Part shown: positions 16,697 through 17,714 of the stretch, in pieces | Numbering within the stretch: position 1 is the stretch's first letter | How the letters are laid out: every line of letters starts with the position of its first letter | Assembly: GCA_040289575.1 (NCBI GenBank) | Contig: PSLL01000030.1 | Location: 7,064 to 24,777 of the forward strand | DNA from: Candidatus Dadabacteria bacterium | GTDB taxonomy: Bacteria; Desulfobacterota_D; UBA1144; Nemesobacterales; CSP1-2 | DNA: 17,714 bases | Direction: 5' to 3' | Made by a program: the position numbers and the translations under genes | The notes under the pieces: generated by a model | What the model was told of the DNA's origin: nothing | Databases searched by the model: none | What the model saw: only the letters and a program-made list of their open reading frames with translations

Positions 16697-17714
16697 ATGA
16701 GGTTATACTCGTGATAAATGCCGGCTCATCGAGTATTAAATTTTCGATCTTCGCAATCGAGAACAGCGAGAAATCCCTTGCCTTAGTATATCGAGGGGAG
16801 ATAGAGGGAATCGGCACTCAACCACGCTTTTTTGTGAGTGATAATACTGGCAAGCGCTTATTAGACAAACATCTGACAACCAAAATCGCCAATAGCCTCA
16901 ACCATGAAGATGCACTTGCCGTCTTACTGGATTGGATTGAAACTCATGCCGCTGGATTAAGAGCCATTGCGGCTGGCCACAGGGTTGTTCATGGTGGCGC
17001 GACCTTTTCTAAACCTGTGATGGCTGATTCCGTAGTAATTAGCCAATTGGAGGAGCTGATTGCGCTGGCGCCATTACACCAACCTCATAATCTTACCGCA
17101 ATTAAAGCCTTGGCTAAGATTAAACCCAATCTACCACAAATCGCCTGTTTCGATACCGCATTCCATCACACTCAGCCACCCATCGCTCAGTTATTTGCTT
17201 TGCCAAGGAACCTATTGGATGCAGGTGTGAAGCGCTACGGCTTTCATGGACTCTCATATGAATACATCGCTTATGTTCTTCCAAACTTTGTGGGTACTGT
17301 GGCAAATGGTCGTGTCGTAGTGGCTCATCTGGGCAATGGAGCCAGTATGTGCGCCATGAAAGGTCGAAAGAGCATCGCCACAACTATGGGCTTTACAGCA
17401 CTCGATGGCCTGCCAATGGGGACGCGTTGCGGAGCCGTTGATCCTGGAGTTGTTCTCTACCTAATGGGTGAACGAGGCATGGATGTCTCTGAATTAACGG
17501 ATCTGCTCTACCATAAGTCTGGTCTTTTCGGTGTGTCGGGCATTAGTAGCGACATGCGTGAACTGTTGGAAAGCAACTCCCCACACGCCTCTGAAGCGGT
17601 TGACCTATTTGTTTACCGGATTGGCCGTGAATTGGGCTCTCTTACTGCTGCCTTAGGTGGACTCGATGTGTTGGTTTTTACTGGGGGCATTGGTGAGAAC
17701 GCCGCCGCCGTTAG
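16693..17714 (+). CDS. ackA: Acetate/propionate kinase (3' end outside the window)
   Basis: ATGA overlap with the pta stop. MNEVILVINAGSSSIKF, HRVVHGG, LAPLH, FDTAFH, RYGFHGLSY, HLGNGAS, MGTRCG, FTGGIGEN. Frame is open to the window end. Confidence 0.97.
   Translation, partial: MNEVILVINAGSSSIKFSIFAIENSEKSLALVYRGEIEGIGTQPRFFVSDNTGKRLLDKHLTTKIANSLNHEDALAVLLDWIETHAAGLRAIAAGHRVVHGGATFSKPVMADSVVISQLEELIALAPLHQPHNLTAIKALAKIKPNLPQIACFDTAFHHTQPPIAQLFALPRNLLDAGVKRYGFHGLSYEYIAYVLPNFVGTVANGRVVVAHLGNGASMCAMKGRKSIATTMGFTALDGLPMGTRCGAVDPGVVLYLMGERGMDVSELTDLLYHKSGLFGVSGISSDMRELLESNSPHASEAVDLFVYRIGRELGSLTAALGGLDVLVFTGGIGENAAAV

Noticed and set aside
1977..17383. Numerous antisense or alternate-frame ORFs overlapping rpoH, fabH, the regulator, kinase, USPs, pta and ackA
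   Set aside because: Shadow ORFs of well-supported genes, with no motifs.
1..17714. CRISPR array, retron/RT, toxin-antitoxin or anti-phage defence system
   Set aside because: No regularly spaced repeats or relevant protein motifs were seen on either strand.

Overview
Bacterial chromosomal window in two parts. Left part (1-4850): a decayed IS256 next to tRNA-Asn whose transposase is interrupted by an internally deleted IS200/IS605 element, then a DUF309 gene, rpoH, a hypothetical gene, fabH, an intradiol-dioxygenase relic and tRNA-Met(CAT). Right part (4851-end): a probable tRNA-associated island remnant beginning with a truncated tyrosine integrase. It holds a leftward GNAT / PAS-PAS histidine kinase / sigma-54 activator unit. 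Rightward are a P1B-5 ATPase pseudogene, three universal stress protein genes, a phasin-like protein, an alpha/beta-hydrolase relic, a PHA depolymerase/synthase-like Cys hydrolase, a MaoC-Pta fusion and ackA (runs off the end and is missing from the ORF track). Three sigma-54 -24/-12 promoters and a shared 25-bp enhancer-like motif (GTGTCAGW-TGTC-N9-GACR) are readable in the intergenic DNA. Together these suggest a self-regulated, sigma-54-driven low-oxygen/dormancy regulon coupled to PHA mobilisation and acetyl-phosphate metabolism. Many genes show clean internal deletions. All family calls come from motif recognition by eye, not from database searches.
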